A stretch of 64,000 nucleotides of DNA from Tubiluchus corallicola (taxonomy: Eukaryota > Animalia > Priapulida). Shown here piece after piece: positions 26,279-40,260 of the stretch. The notes under the pieces are model-generated. The model was not told the DNA's origin, ran no database searches, and was given only the letters and a program-made list of their open reading frames with translations. Position 1 is the stretch's first letter. Every line of letters starts with the position of its first letter. Where the stretch lies: positions 642,159 to 706,158 of the forward strand of contig JAQGDQ010000079.1 in assembly GCA_030141605.1 (NCBI GenBank), given 5' to 3'. Made by a program: the position numbers and the translations under genes.

Positions 26279-29200
26279 TCACCCTGAATTATTCTGAGTT
26301 GGCATTTGTTGATTTATCTGTGTGAGGATATTCAATGTAAGCTCTTGCAAGCTATGAGGCTTGCAGTGTTCTTCTAGCCAATTGATCACAGACCCTGATA
26401 ACTCAGCAAAGCTACCAGCTGCCACATTGCTGTCAAACGACATAAACTGGGCGTCCAATTATTGCCTGAAACTACAAAAATCAAATACATAAAATATTAT
26501 GCAGAAATTGCACTTAACGTGTACCCAAAAAACAAGCTTAAAGCATTTCATGTAATCATATAGTTTTACTCAGTGATTATGTGATAAAGCAATAACAAAA
26601 TCATGTGCTGACAATTTCACCGTGCTAACAACTATACCTCTTTTTCATATGATTACAACTTAATAAATAGTTAGGTTCCATTTTTCATTTTTAGGGACTC
26701 CTGACAGCTTAGAGCTCTTTTGAAGCAAACGTTAAAGAACTAACTGCATGCTTCTGATTTATTGCAAAGTAACTTGCTACAGTAGGCGCCGCTTAATAGA
26801 CTCATCTTGGGACCGACGCGTTTTGACCCAATTAAATGACTGAACCTATTAACCGATGGTTGTAGTATTACAGGTTTAGAAGCATGAGTCATCTGCTTAC
26901 TATGCACTGCAAAGGTTTTTAATGAATTTTAGAAACGAAGTAATGCCTAAATTCCTTTGTGCAGTTAAAAATTAGAATTAATTCATATAAGAGAATTAGC
27001 AATAAATTAAAAGGTATACTTTTCTAAATCACAGACTTTTTTAAGTCTGTTTATTTGTAAAAATTACAAAAATTTGTTCAAAGTTGGCTGCTTCATTTTC
27101 TTGCGTTGGCCCACAAAGTTCTCGTAATTATAAAAGTGTTGAAAATCTGTTGATGTGTGTGACTAAAACAGTTCTGAATCATTTGCTCACTCACATTGCT
27201 CTTATTTGTTGTACGATGTTTACTCTTGTAAGTCACAGAATACCAGCTGATTATACGGTACCTTTATCTTTGACTGGTAACCCATTAAGCCTGAAAGCGC
27301 GATTTGAAATGAGAGCATTAAAAGGAAACCGCTAGGCAAGTGATTAAATGTTTAGCTTCAAGAAATTCTTTCGGTAACAGTGAGCGAGCAACAGATTCAA
27401 AGCAAAACCGCTAGGCTAGCATATAAGCACATGATAAACATACCTGCTTAAGAACAAAACAGTACTTAACATGATTATTTCTGCATACATAGTGCACAAA
27501 GGAGAAGTAAAGATGACATAAAAGTAGGAAAAGCTCTTTGGGTACATACAACTATCTTATTTTAAGTAAGTGAAGAAAAAATATTGAGTCAATTATGCAG
27601 GTTATTTGAGTCAATTACCGTTAGTTTTTATGTATATTTGCAAAGAAGCGTCCTGTTCTAGGCGTTTTTCAGTCAATTAAGCGAGTGAGTCTTTAACCAT
27701 GGTGAGTCTATTAAGCGGCACCTACTGTATATAATAATATTGGTCCAAGCATTTTCTCCATAATTCACTTCTATAATTGGTGCAGCTTTTAAGTTTTTGA
27801 GAACATTTTCATTTTGTGTGTGCATCTTTGGTCACAATACAATGCAAATCTTGTCAACAGTACAGAGTTTGTTTTCGATGAAATGAAAAGTACTGTCCAA
27901 AGCTGAACGTAAACAAGTTTCCATATAAACATGCCTACACAATTTGAACTTATTATGTAGGCCTAGGTATATTAGGAGTTACTACACATTCTTATAAGTC
28001 ATTGTGTTTTCAAACAGGTGTTTACACGGCAATATCACAAATTCTCATGAGAAAAATACTGGGTGTTTTCAAAAACAAACTGTTAAACATTGTAGAAATA
28101 TATTACATGGACTACTGAAAGACAAAAAATGAATGGGAATCATGAGGCTGTTGCCAAAATTTGAAAGAATGCCAGTAAGCAAGATAATATTAACCTGGTG
28201 ACCTTATCAATAAAAAAATCTTACAGAAGTGTTCAACAAACATGATAGCAACAAAAGTGGGAACACATATACTGTAATAAGGTAATTATAATAAATTAGC
28301 AAACAATTCAATAGGAAAAGCTTAAATCAAGGCTACTACTGGCAAACAATCATGAAAGATTATTGATTTACTATTTCCTGAAAGGTTCATTAAATAAAAA
28401 AAAAATGAATGTACTGAATGAGTCACTGATACTCACTATTCCAAACTTTACTTCATCAGTCACAACATCTTTGCTGCTCACAACATTGTGCTTATGAGCT
28501 TTTACTATTTCTTCATAATTCCTGATAAAATGTAACACAAAACACTCTATCTTTATTTTTAAGATTTGGCAGTATTTGCTTGCACAGCATGCTTAAACAG
28601 CATGCACAGATTAAGTTTTTTATTTGACTGCTTAAGTAAAATTTTCTACGAACAATGTACAGACAACATTAGGGCACTAATGAAATTTGCTAAAAAGTTT
28701 AAACGACATATACAAATTATATCATTAAGAAATAGCTCTTTGTATCCAATTACTTTTTTGCATAATTTGCAAAATATAACTAATGCAGCTCTAGAATTTA
28801 GAAAAAAGAAACTTCTTGAACTTGTAATTTAAAAAAGAGTAAAAATAGTACAAAAAAGTACATTAACGTTACTCAGTAATACGCACGCTTGCATAATTTG
28901 TAAAGCAACAACTTCTTTTTGTAGCACATTTAAATCATCTTCTTGTTTCTTGTTTTCTTTCAGCAGGAACTGAATGTAGTCTATAGCTAAGAAAAAATGT
29001 AAATTAGTGTTAGACTAAATCACTACAAAAAACTATCAATTAACAAACCACAAAATGGGGGAACGTTGTATGATGGAAATATTTTGTGTTTCTATCCTCT
29101 TAATCTTACTTCCTAAGTGCACAATTAATGCAATCCACAATAGTTTTGAGAGAAAATTGGTAAAGCAGTAATGCCCAAATAGCTTGATGTTTTTCTGGAA

Positions 29201-32200
29201 ATTAATAAAAATACAGAACTATATTTAAAAGGAACTTGAAAAAATCTTTAGTAAAGAATTACTCAGGCAATTACTTAATGACCTCAAAATTAAAACCACT
29301 GCATTTACATGCAAAAAATCGTATAAGACAATACAATTTAAATGATTCAGAAATGTTTAGGGCATAAAATGTAGACGAACATTTCTGTAGAACAGCAGCT
29401 TTGCTAAGCTTCTGAGATCCTAAGCTATCTGAATTTTGGCACATTGGAACAATCTCTTGTAGGTGGTCATAGCCACTTTTGATTGCATCACGCCTTTTCT
29501 GCTCCGCTAGCTGGTGGGCTTCACGGCGTCGATCTTTATACGATATCGTAGACTTCTCTGCAATATCACTGTCATCTTCATCTTCTATAAGTAAAGACAT
29601 AAAATCAACTGAATAATAGAAATTCATCTAAAATGAGCAAGGAAATAGAGAATTTATTCTCTAATTTTGAAAAATAAATGCTTTATTTAAGCACACATTC
29701 TTTTTTCGTTAAATAATAGTTTAATGGTGAACTGTGCTTCACTGAATTTTCTACTGATCAAATATTCTACAGAATAAAAATTATACAAAACAATACCTCA
29801 TGCTGCAAGAAAGTACCAGATATACGATATGGTTGTGCCACTATGGAGAAAATTCGCTATAATGAAGGTTTAATATAGCGAGTAATTAAAGTAATTTCCT
29901 TTTCGGATGATACTGTGTATATTCATGTTATAAATTTCTGTTAAGCATGCTCTGGAAGATACTTATACCCACTTGCTTTTACTAAACTTTACAAAATTTC
30001 ACGTATTTTCTTGTAACTCCATTTCAAGAATACCAAATAAAAAACTTTATCAAGTTGCACAATATCTCAATGAAACAGTTTAATAAAAACCTCAGCACTG
30101 ACAGTTTTGAAAATGAGCTTCCAGCTGAGATAAAGATCTTTTTTTAACTTCATTGTGAAGTCTATTAACTGAAAGAACAATTAATTATGAAAATGTACTT
30201 AATGCTGGCATATATTGGTACAACTTAAATTTGAACCTCTACCATTTTCTCAGACTTTAATAGGTAATAACAAAAGTTAATAATCACTGAAAGTCATGCA
30301 CGTCATACTACATTAGATACCCTGCGACACTCTTACAAACCTGTGTTCTGCGTTGATGAACTAGGAGATGACTGATAAGCAGATCCAACACTGCTAGTTC
30401 TAGAGAAGCTAAACTTTGTTTTATCACACGAATTGGGAGAGGTTACTTCTAATTTTATAGTGTCGTCATCATTCAACACAACTGGAAAACAATTTAGGAG
30501 TACAGATTAATATCACAAAATTTAATACAATTAAAATATTCTTTAAACAAGGCTGCCTTACCTCGTAAAAAGCTATGATTAATGGCTATCTGAAAAAGCA
30601 ATGAAATGGATGAGAGTGAACTCACATTGTTTATTAATCATTCTTTTTTCCGTACAATCATGTGTACAATACTGTGTACTGTAGTATTGTAATTAGAAGA
30701 CTTCAATAGATAGTCATTAGAGTTTTAGCCCCATAATGTTACAGACGTAGGTCAATGCTCACTTTGATAATTTGATTTGTGACAGAAAATGCTCTGCAAA
30801 TTTTTTTTATTTGAAAAGAAGAAAAGAGAGGGGTGGAAGGTTCCATCATCTAATAACACTATAACACTGACATGTAAAGACGCTGCAAATTGTGAAAGTG
30901 AAGTGCACGTTTAAGAAAAAAGCTAAGATCAGAATTTAGTTTAATAGTTTATTTACTGTTTGTAAGACTAGAACTAATAAATTAAGACTCAACAAGAACA
31001 GCACAAAAATGCAATAATAGGGATGACAATCAACAATGTGTAATGCAAAGTTAGTAAAACTGAAAGAAACGTTTGGCAGCAAAAAGCAAGAAATCAAGTG
31101 GAAATCACAAATGTAAAAATATCAAAACACTAAGCATTACCAAATGGTGAACCTAAGTAAAATTCGACAGCATCCTGACACCTACAAAAAATCTAAACTG
31201 TGTGTGAAATACAATAATTCTTACAAAGAAAGGCTCTTAAGTTTACACTAGTGCATCAAAGGCATACCAAAATAAGGCGGGATTTTGTAATTAGTACAAT
31301 CTTTGACATTTATCTCATGTTACTACCAATTAATTATCGCTCATTGGTAGTCAAATTTGCTGTAAGTATATGCAAAAAAATAAGCAAAAATATGGTATGA
31401 TGTGTAGCAAACCTGATTAATTTGTGAAAGTAAATTTGCTTGGAGTCTAATGCAGGCATTAAAAATAATTCAGCTTTGTATGTATGTTGAAATAACAAGT
31501 TGTACTATTTGTACAGGATAGAATTTCTATTATTTAGCCATTTTGCACTCTTGAAGAATGTATAAAGGACTTGTAATAAGGCTTTTTTTATAGAATATGG
31601 GATTCATTCAGCACCTGTCAGAAGTCCTAAAAATTATTCAAAATGTTATTTAAAAGTACACAGCCATGAAATTTTCAGTAAGTGCTTCTGATGAATAAGC
31701 AATGCCCATGCACCAAAAATGTAAGAATGCCATGGCATAAGACTAGTTGCAGCACTGCACTGCAAGCACAACCTACACATGCAGATAAATGTTAGTAGTC
31801 CATTACAATAGGCTTTGCTGTAATGAAGACACAGATAATATGTACAACACCTTGACACAGCTAAATGTTCCATATTTAACTGTCATATAGTATTAATTAA
31901 AGTGAAGCATTTATGTAGTATAGTAATTATACACATGCTTGCAACCGGCCTGCCTTTTATTAAGACACCACTTAACGTTGGCACCATTATCGTTTTATTA
32001 AGCAAGACTACTATACTGCTTATGCACCTACGTTCTAAGTTGTAATAATTACATATGAATAATAAAAATCATATTATTAATAATTATTATTAATATTATT
32101 ACTACTTAATACTATTATAGACGGACCAGAAAAAGCCTAAATAACATTCAAAAAAAATTTTGTAAGGCGCTGCGTGCTTCAGCTGAGGAACTACCTGCCC

Positions 32201-32318
32201 TAGAACTGAGGCAAAAATTATGTTAAACTATTACAAAAACAGCAATGATGAAGTAGCTGTCACGAGACTACACCCTACCAGTACTAGAATTGCTGTTAGG
32301 CCGTCCTCCTTCTGCCAT
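26279..32318 (-). CDS. MLX: Max-like protein X (bHLH-ZIP, Mondo/ChREBP partner), ~253 aa; +1 frameshift in last exon as written
   Basis: Exons (minus) 32318-32279 (least certain), 30481-30341, 29584-29381, 28986-28887, 28521-28437 and 26471-26279. Translation includes FSRTSSVGS, SYKDRRREAHQLAEQKRRDAIKSGYDHLQEIVP, KLSKAAVLQKSIDYIQFL, LQKEVVALQIMQANYEEIVKAH, DEVKFGIFQAI and WLEEHCKP, all MLX-diagnostic. Confidence 0.93.
26780..27727. mobile_element. Non-autonomous pogo/Tigger-type DNA transposon (~950 bp) in the last MLX intron
   Basis: TIRs CAGTAGGCGCCGCTTAATAGACTCA and TGAGTCTATTAAGCGGCACCTACTG, with TA on both sides. A minus-strand remnant SNVSEQMIQNCFSH at ~27160-27200 resembles the pogo transposase C-terminal motif. 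Confidence 0.88.
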
Positions 32319-32840
32319 AATGGTTGGATGAGATACATTAGGCGAATAATATGACGCTCGTGATGACTACATGCTACCTGACGAAAAAAGCTACATTTGT
32401 AGAATTAATTGTAGTTTCACTAAAATAATTTCATAATTAATAGTTGTTTACGAATTTGTACTAGGCACAAATTCAGCAAGCAACGAGCCCTTCGTCACAC
32501 CAAACGTCAGAATGCGACACTGCTAAAAGTAAATCAGTCCGACTTCGTTTCCAATGTTACCCTTTTAATTGTGTAAGACCAGTAGATAAATACTTTAATA
32601 CAGATAAAATACCGGAAGTCATTATAATAATACAGCAGTAAAAATAATGATACAATATAATAAGTTCGCTAATCATCTATTCAGCACGATGCACTGAAAG
32701 ACTTCTCACGAGCCTTGCCAGTTGACATACATCCTCCACGTGAATGCCTCAATGTCTTCTACCACCGCTGGCTTATAGCAATCCACTCATCGCCAACTTT
32801 TCTGAGAGAAGCATTAGTACATGGGTTTCAAAGCCTCATT

Positions 32841-33371
32841 GTAATTTGTGAAACGAAATGACAGACTGACAGTTAGTGCAAAATCTACAATTATTGCGAA
32901 ATGTTAATTGCAAAAAAGTGCAAACTACGAAATGGAAACCGTGAAATGGAAATTGCAAAACTATGACAAGGAAAATCATGTGGTATTTTGTTCATGAATA
33001 CTATGCTAAATTACGATGCACGGCCATCAGTGTTTTCCTTAGCTAAAAACTTTGCTTGGCTAAACTTAATCAATCAGTGTTATATAATTTTATTATAAGA
33101 TTTTATTAGCAAGTATATATGTATTTATTAATTTGTTATATTTATTATTATTTAGGTATGTAACGAAAGCTTACTAGCCAAGTTTAACACTTGTTAAACT
33201 TTAAAGTTTAACTCTAACATTTGTTTATTTTTAGTAAAAGAAAATTTATAAAAATTGTAAATGGTCAATAAACTGTTAAATAGATTTTGTGAAACAATTT
33301 CACGATTTAAGTTTCGCAATTTCCGTTCTACAATATCCATTTTGCAATTTAGATTTGGTATCGTAAATTAC
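32841..33371. mobile_element. Degenerate TIR element (MITE) with subterminal GAAAT-rich repeats, just upstream of MLX
   Basis: Left GTAATTTGTGAAACGAAAT versus the reverse complement of the right end GTAATTTACGATACCAAAT (15/19). Internal repeats switch orientation between the halves. Confidence 0.5.
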
Positions 33372-36300
33372 AGTAAATCGTTATAAAATCATACTAGCAT
33401 TATTTTAGTAAGTTTGTAAATACGAAACAAAAGCTGTCATTTAAAGAGCCATAAACCTTCATTAGTTCCTTTTCTATTTGGCAAGTGGCAGAAGAGTGAC
33501 TAAGGAGAAGAGAAATTGATTTATATGTGTATATGTGTATATGTGTGTATGCCGCTACTACCGCTGTTGATATCGTAATCATCGCCATCACTGTTGATGA
33601 TTAAGTTACTCTTGCCGTTACAGTTGTTATCTTCGACGATGCAGCCATCAATATCGATGTAGTCATCGTCAAGCCTCTTACAACTTGTGAAGGGCCTTGG
33701 TTATCATCAGTATTAGTAATTGCAGATTATTAACAAGAGATGACAATGGTAGTAATGATGGTGATAATGATGAAAATAACGATGCTGATGATTATAATAA
33801 GGCAATAATTGTTCAATGTAGGCCCCATTCAATTTCTATCGTAAATATTTTTCAGGGGCTTTGTTGGCAGTCTTTGTTTGTAGGGATATATGCAGTACTG
33901 ATACACAGTTTACTTATTATGATTCAAACTAAGTGTGTATAAGTGACTAAATTAGTGCATCATTGTGCATCACTTTAAGTAACAGAAGTTAAGTAACACG
34001 TTACAGATTTTGTGGTCCATATTGGTCGCCTTGTCTAACTGATGGCCGTTTAACTTACCTCCTTTAGAGCAGCTTAATTAGGAGTTATAATTATACTTAT
34101 TCAATTGGCAAACTGAATAAGTATACATTTTAGTGATGTGTAAAATACGCTTAAAATTTTTGTATAGTGCAATATTTTTTTAAGACTCACAAAGCAATAT
34201 TTTCTTCTAAACTTCTGGCGACATTTTCAATTGGTTCATAAAATTACAGCTCGCCATATCAAAGACATTTTCCATGATTCACCACGTACGAATTTTCAAA
34301 TTTCTGTAATTATATTTTACGGCAAATTTCAAGCAGATTTCAACAAATTCAAAACAATTTTAACAAAGTATAATAGCGATATTATTTGCTGCTTATAATC
34401 CTCAATGCTTACCGGGCTACGTGTTTCAATTTGAATTAAAATAGAGCAGCTTTGTGCATGGAAATAATTACTGTAGATGTTTTCTAAAGGCTTTTCGTAA
34501 AATCTGTGGTAATTATTACGCAAGCACTTCAAAGCTTCGCGCCACTTTTTACACTAGAAATTGCAACTTGGCGCAAAAGATTTTGGCATGGGATTTGTGC
34601 CTACAAAAGCTAAAATCTCTTCATTTTCGACCAGGCATTCCACACACAGTAGGCTGATACAAACGGTAAATATTATTGTTTCTGTCCTTTGCTGTTGTCG
34701 CCTCAGCCGTTTTTCCACACCAACCAGACAAATCTTTAGATTTTAATCTGGGCTAAGTGCAAGGGATTTTAGCATCAGGGTTAGAAAAATATACGACGCT
34801 ATGAACAAAGTATTGCATTTCCCAGGCAGCATAGACAAACACAATGACGTTATTTATGATGCACAATCTCTCCATCTTTTTGTGTCCTGATAGTGCAATG
34901 ATCACCTATTGCTATGAGAGATGTCACTTATACGCTTTATTTTTCTGGAAAGTATACGAGGAAAAGGCGCAAGTTGTGTAAATCCGCTGGCTCTACCGTA
35001 ATTATACTTGTGATAAAATCAACCTACATTTATCTTTACCAATGATCTCTTCAGATCGACAAACTTTATAGGTTCTTTAGCGTTATAAACGCATTAAAAA
35101 ATTTTATTACAGAATTTTTGACTTTGTGTTATACCCTTACAGAGTTATAATGAAAGAGTGGCTAAAAATTGTTCGTCCACGCAAAATTTTTATAACTGTC
35201 TGCAAAACCTTAATTCTTGAAAGACTGACGTATGCCTGTATAAGCCTTGCATAAGGGTTTCTTATTGAGGTCCCTAAGGTTTGGAAACTAATATTTTTAG
35301 TGTTTCTGCTCTTTTTTCGATTGGTATTTTGCGTTTTTTCCTCAGATGATAAAAATTATCAAAATGTGCAACTAGTTGAATATGCATGCCTAACAACAGA
35401 ATTATAGTATAATGCATATATTTTGCGGGTATTCAGTATTGCGACACGCCAAGTTCATTATTATTCTGTACGACGAAGATCGTGTAGTTTTGTGTCGTTT
35501 TGTTAGCTTTAATTTTATTAGGTTATGTACCTATTTACATCTGTTCAATACCATGTTATAACGGTAGCTGAACAGAAAACAAATTTATTGTTCTTTGTTA
35601 ACTAAAATGAGTTACCTTGCTACTAGGAATACATTTGTTTTTGATATTGTCCGTCATTTATTGCTTTGTTAATCCATTTTATTGCTGAGTCTATACACGC
35701 GCGTGGGTACGCTCACGCCCCCATTCAGGCACTACCAAACCAAGTTTATAAAAATGTTACTTTTGATGCATACTAAACTTGATTCTGCTCGCTTTTGTTT
35801 CACCTCTTAGTTAAGCATCTGTCCTAGCAAGAGTTCCAATGTTAATTCTGTTATATAAACCCAACGGCCCTTTTGTATTTTCCTCTTCAAAGTTAATAAA
35901 ACGGTTATATAGTCATAGGATTACCGCGATTGGTCCGTTCATTCAGAATCTTTACTAGCACAGTTTATAAAATGTTGTGAGTTATTCACATTTTGTCAAG
36001 CAATGTAAGCGTACTCGTTTCATGATTATTTTAGTGTACCTGCTATCAAAACGTTACGAATTTTGCCTTTGGACAGTGCTGACACCGTGTGAGATGATCG
36101 CTAAACAGCTGTAAAAACAATGCAAAATGGCTAGCGCAACTACAAAATTGGTTTGGTATGATTTTACAAACAAAGGTAATTAATAATTACAATAGTTGTC
36201 TTTTTCGCAAGCATAGTGTTTGCAATGACGCTTTTTATTATGAAAATGTACTAAAAAATTATAGCACGATTAATGTAGAAATTCAAGCACTAAAAAACTG

Positions 36301-39300
36301 TTTCAGTGCCTAGAAAAGTGTATGTCTCGTATGCTCCATAAAACATTTTAGTTTGATGCGCTTTGTTTATGGCACATATACAACGAGATTATTGATTATG
36401 GCTGCGCGTGTAACATTTGCTTTATTCTTGTCTATTTATGAGCAAGACTGGCAGCATGATACGACTAGAAAAAATTCCCAAAAGGCATCGAGTTACTGTA
36501 TGGTACTCCTGATTTTTTCTGTTATTTAATTAATTATATACAAGCTATTAAGTAGACACTGGTTATGTTTAGATGTCGTAATTAGGTCTACCTGAAATAA
36601 TAATAGCTGGCAGATTGACAGATAAAAATCTGAGATTCACAGCACAGTTTTTTGAAATCTAGTTCCTATAGCTAACTCCTGCATTGTTTGATTTCCGGAC
36701 TAGTAAACCTCATATTTCTTTTCTGTCAGGCTAATGGTTATGATTATTCCATTACATTGAATTACCAGAAGTTGCTTGCTATTTATTTTGAAATGCAAAA
36801 GCAATGTGGGAAATTTACATATTAGGATACACAATTAATAAGTTAGGTATTCGCCTTTGAAACACACTTTACTATGGCGTCTACAATATCATTATGACCA
36901 CAGATTTAAATGGTGCTTACGGCAGGGGATTTAAATCTGCGATTATGACATAAGAAATTGTTGATTATGGTTGTACAAAGCTATATGAAGAGTTCACAAT
37001 GTTTAAGACGTAAACAAAATGAATTATCATGGTTTATTATGTGGAAGAATGAATTATATGTTTTGTTAAGTTATATTTTTTATTTTATTTGTTTTCATAT
37101 TGAGTTTTACAAATTCAATTTATAATTTTTCGCCGAAAGGTAAGTAAAATTATTTCAGAACGTTTTTGTAGTGATTGAAATATTGGTCAGCATTGTAACA
37201 ATGGTGTATATAAAAGGTTCAAATTAATTCGCTAATTTTAAAACTGAAATGAATTGCAAATAGTACGTCTTTAACGTTAACACTTTCATTAGTCAAATAA
37301 GGATGTTGACAAGCGCATGCAATTATGGCAAGACATATTATTTTTTCAAGACTGATAACATGTGTTTTCTTCGTTCTCTTTAAGAGTAATTCTAACCCAA
37401 TGAGCACATTAATATTAAAAACACGATAGGATAAATTTGATGTTAAAAAGTTTACTACACATTTCTTGAGCATCAGTCTCCGATCATTAATAAATCAAGA
37501 GCTCGCTGACTGACTTACACAATGATTAGGTAGGCCTAGCTTGTTTAATTAACCGAAAATTTGCGTTAGTAATTATTTGCGCACAGGACGACAAGGCGCA
37601 CATGTGTGTTTTTTACTGTATAGACCTACTACACTACAATTACAGTTAGGAAAAAATAAAAATGTTAGACAAGGAAATCGTACATCATAATATTATGAAA
37701 TGCGATATAAATTTTTTCTTTTTTTTCTTTTCTGCTATTTTGGCTCGTCAAAAAGACTCTTTATCGAAAATTTCTGAATTACATTTTGCGCCTCCTGCTG
37801 CCAACTTGTTAAGGTGCAGTAATTTGCTGATATTAACAAGTATTTGTAATGATAAAAGCTATTATACGTTTGATTACGCTTTGTAATATATATATATAAA
37901 AGATGCTGGACCATCATTTTGCGTATTAAATTTGTTTACTCTTGTGCTGTTTATTATTTGCAATTTTTATTACTTAAATTAAAATGAGAAACAAGTCAAA
38001 AATATTTCTCTATTGTATCTTAAACAGAACAAATTAGGAGAACTTGTCGTTACTAAATAATATCTGCCATGTCTTTCAAGTAAGATTTACTGAAAACCTC
38101 ATATATAATAAGCTTACGAATGTATATAGTTCAATGAATTTTCGACTTTATCTCTGTGTACCAGAAAATATAACATTCACGTATAGCGTGAATGTTATAT
38201 TTGCAGCACTTGTCAGCCGGGCTCCTACACGCCTCCTACTGTTTCTATACTGTTTCCTTCAACATTTTGCGCTCGCGCTTGTTTTTTCTGGTCATTTTTC
38301 TAGGCTGGAAAAACATTTGCGTAACTCTTGAATGCGACCTCGTCTGTATTCTCGCAATAATGAGTCAAACTGTGGCTGCTTTTATGCTCCGTAGTTCTTC
38401 CCACCAGCGAAATAAACAGTAAAAGTCAATAAAAATATTTTTACACTATTTGTGTGACCATGATTGGTAATGCGTACAACACTATAACGTTATGATGGTG
38501 GATACTGTTGCGTTAAACTGCACAAATACAAAGCTCTGCTTGTTTATTATCTTGATGCATTTAAAAAAGTCACTAGATAATTGGAGGTAATGGATTGGTT
38601 GGTGAGTAGTAACTGAAGTAAGACTTGCCTCAATCACAATGGGCTGTGTAATCCAGCGGTTATAGCTGTAATCCTCGTCACTGTCATCATCATCATCGTC
38701 GTCATTCATCACTGACCAAAAATTAGCCATTTTCATTTTATTTTAAGTAATTACCTAGTAATAAGTAAGGTATTAGGCTTCGCAATCGATGAAAACTTTT
38801 TTTTGCGAGTGGGCGTACTTATCTCAACATTATTGTGCTACTCGAACTTCCTGCACCTATTAAAGAATTATAATCTTGCTATAGTGACAACTATATAGCC
38901 ACTATACAGCGAACTTTGGTCAGAAACACCACTTTTGAATCATTACTTTAATTTTACAATAGCTTCAGAATTGTGTAAAAAAAACACCCAGTAAGTTTAA
39001 AATATCCAGTGAAAATTTACTTGTAAAGAAAAATAAAAGGCGTTACTTGACAAAGAAACTTTTCGAACTTAGAAAGAATATTTGAAAAAAAGAAGATAAT
39101 ATAGCTTTAGACTAAGTAATTAGTTAAAGGTTGATTTTTCGAGAACGAAATTAAATAAATGAATGCGTCTACGATCGCCTTTGATTTAGAGTGGCCCCTT
39201 TTTTCCACTTCGTTTGTAAACACCTGTGTACCTCCTGCGTTGATCATTTAAAGTAAGCGTTATAATCCTTACATTCCTGCCTACAAGTACTTGCTCAATA

Positions 39301-39535
39301 CCTGAGTTATGCAGGTATAAGACCCAGGTAATCCTACCTGTGTTGGCGTGTCCCTCTGATTGGATCTAATCTCACCTTTCTCCACTTTAAACCCGTGTTA
39401 AGATCTGAAAGTTAACTTATACTATGAACAAGCGCAAACTTAAATAACTTAACGCTGCTGTCATTTCAAATTTGACATTGCGCTTTGCATTTTGTGACAA
39501 AAGATTTGTAAAATAAAGAAAATAGAGACCTTATA

Positions 39536-40063
39536 CAGGGTGTTTCAGAAGCAACCCTGTAGTAGAAATAGAATTAACACTGATACGTGTACGGTATATT
39601 TAAACGTAAAAAAACCAAGTTACTTGGTAGGAATTGAGTTATGCAAATATAAATTATGTTAATATCATTATAATGTCATAATGCAGAAATATTTTGGGCA
39701 AAATAATAAATGTTTACTCAGAACATCCAACTCATAACATCCAGTTTCGTATGGAACGCTGATGTGGAACTTAAAGCTTATTTTTGAATATTAATAAATC
39801 AATTACGTATATTAATAAGTGAATTACGAATACTCAGAATTGATTTATTAATATTCATAAATGATTTATTAATATTAAAAATAAGCATTAAATTCCACTT
39901 TGGCGTTCCATAGCTACATTCCCGTTTTTCCAACAAATATGTAATATTTTTATAATCTCTTACTAAATGACACTCTATATCATTTCATTACAATTTGGCC
40001 AGCATATTTCAGCGTATTTCACCATAATTATATCTACTGCACTGCGTCTTCTGGAACATCCTG
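39536..40063. mobile_element. Tc1/mariner-type MITE carrying a nested palindromic MITE (39750-39912)
   Basis: Outer TA-CAGGGTGTTTCAGAAG ... CTTCTGGAACATCCTG. Inner TATGGAACGC..GTGGAACTTAAAGCTTATTTTT ... AAAAATAAGCATTAAATTCCACTTTGGCGTTCCATA. Confidence 0.75.
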
Positions 40064-40260
40064 TGTATTAAACTTCTTTGAGGTTTATCGAAGTCAAATA
40101 AATTAAGAAAATAATATACTTATATTGATCCACGATAAGTTTTGAGCTGTAGAAAAATGTTAACACTTGAATACAAAGCAATGCATATTAATTCCTTTAT
40201 TTAAACCATAACGTTTAGCAGATCATTCTACATCTTGAAATTGTAAAAATGTTAAGTTAC

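Noticed and set aside
26455-26471. Reading FRQ*LD with TAA recoded (alternative genetic code or readthrough) in MLX
   Set aside because: It needs a phase-2 intron but the upstream exon ends in phase 0. FQAIMD with a 1-nt insertion fits the MLX consensus far better.
38482-38736. 84-aa ORF with an acidic poly-Asp run
   Set aside because: Driven by a (GAT)n repeat; no recognisable domain or partner exons.
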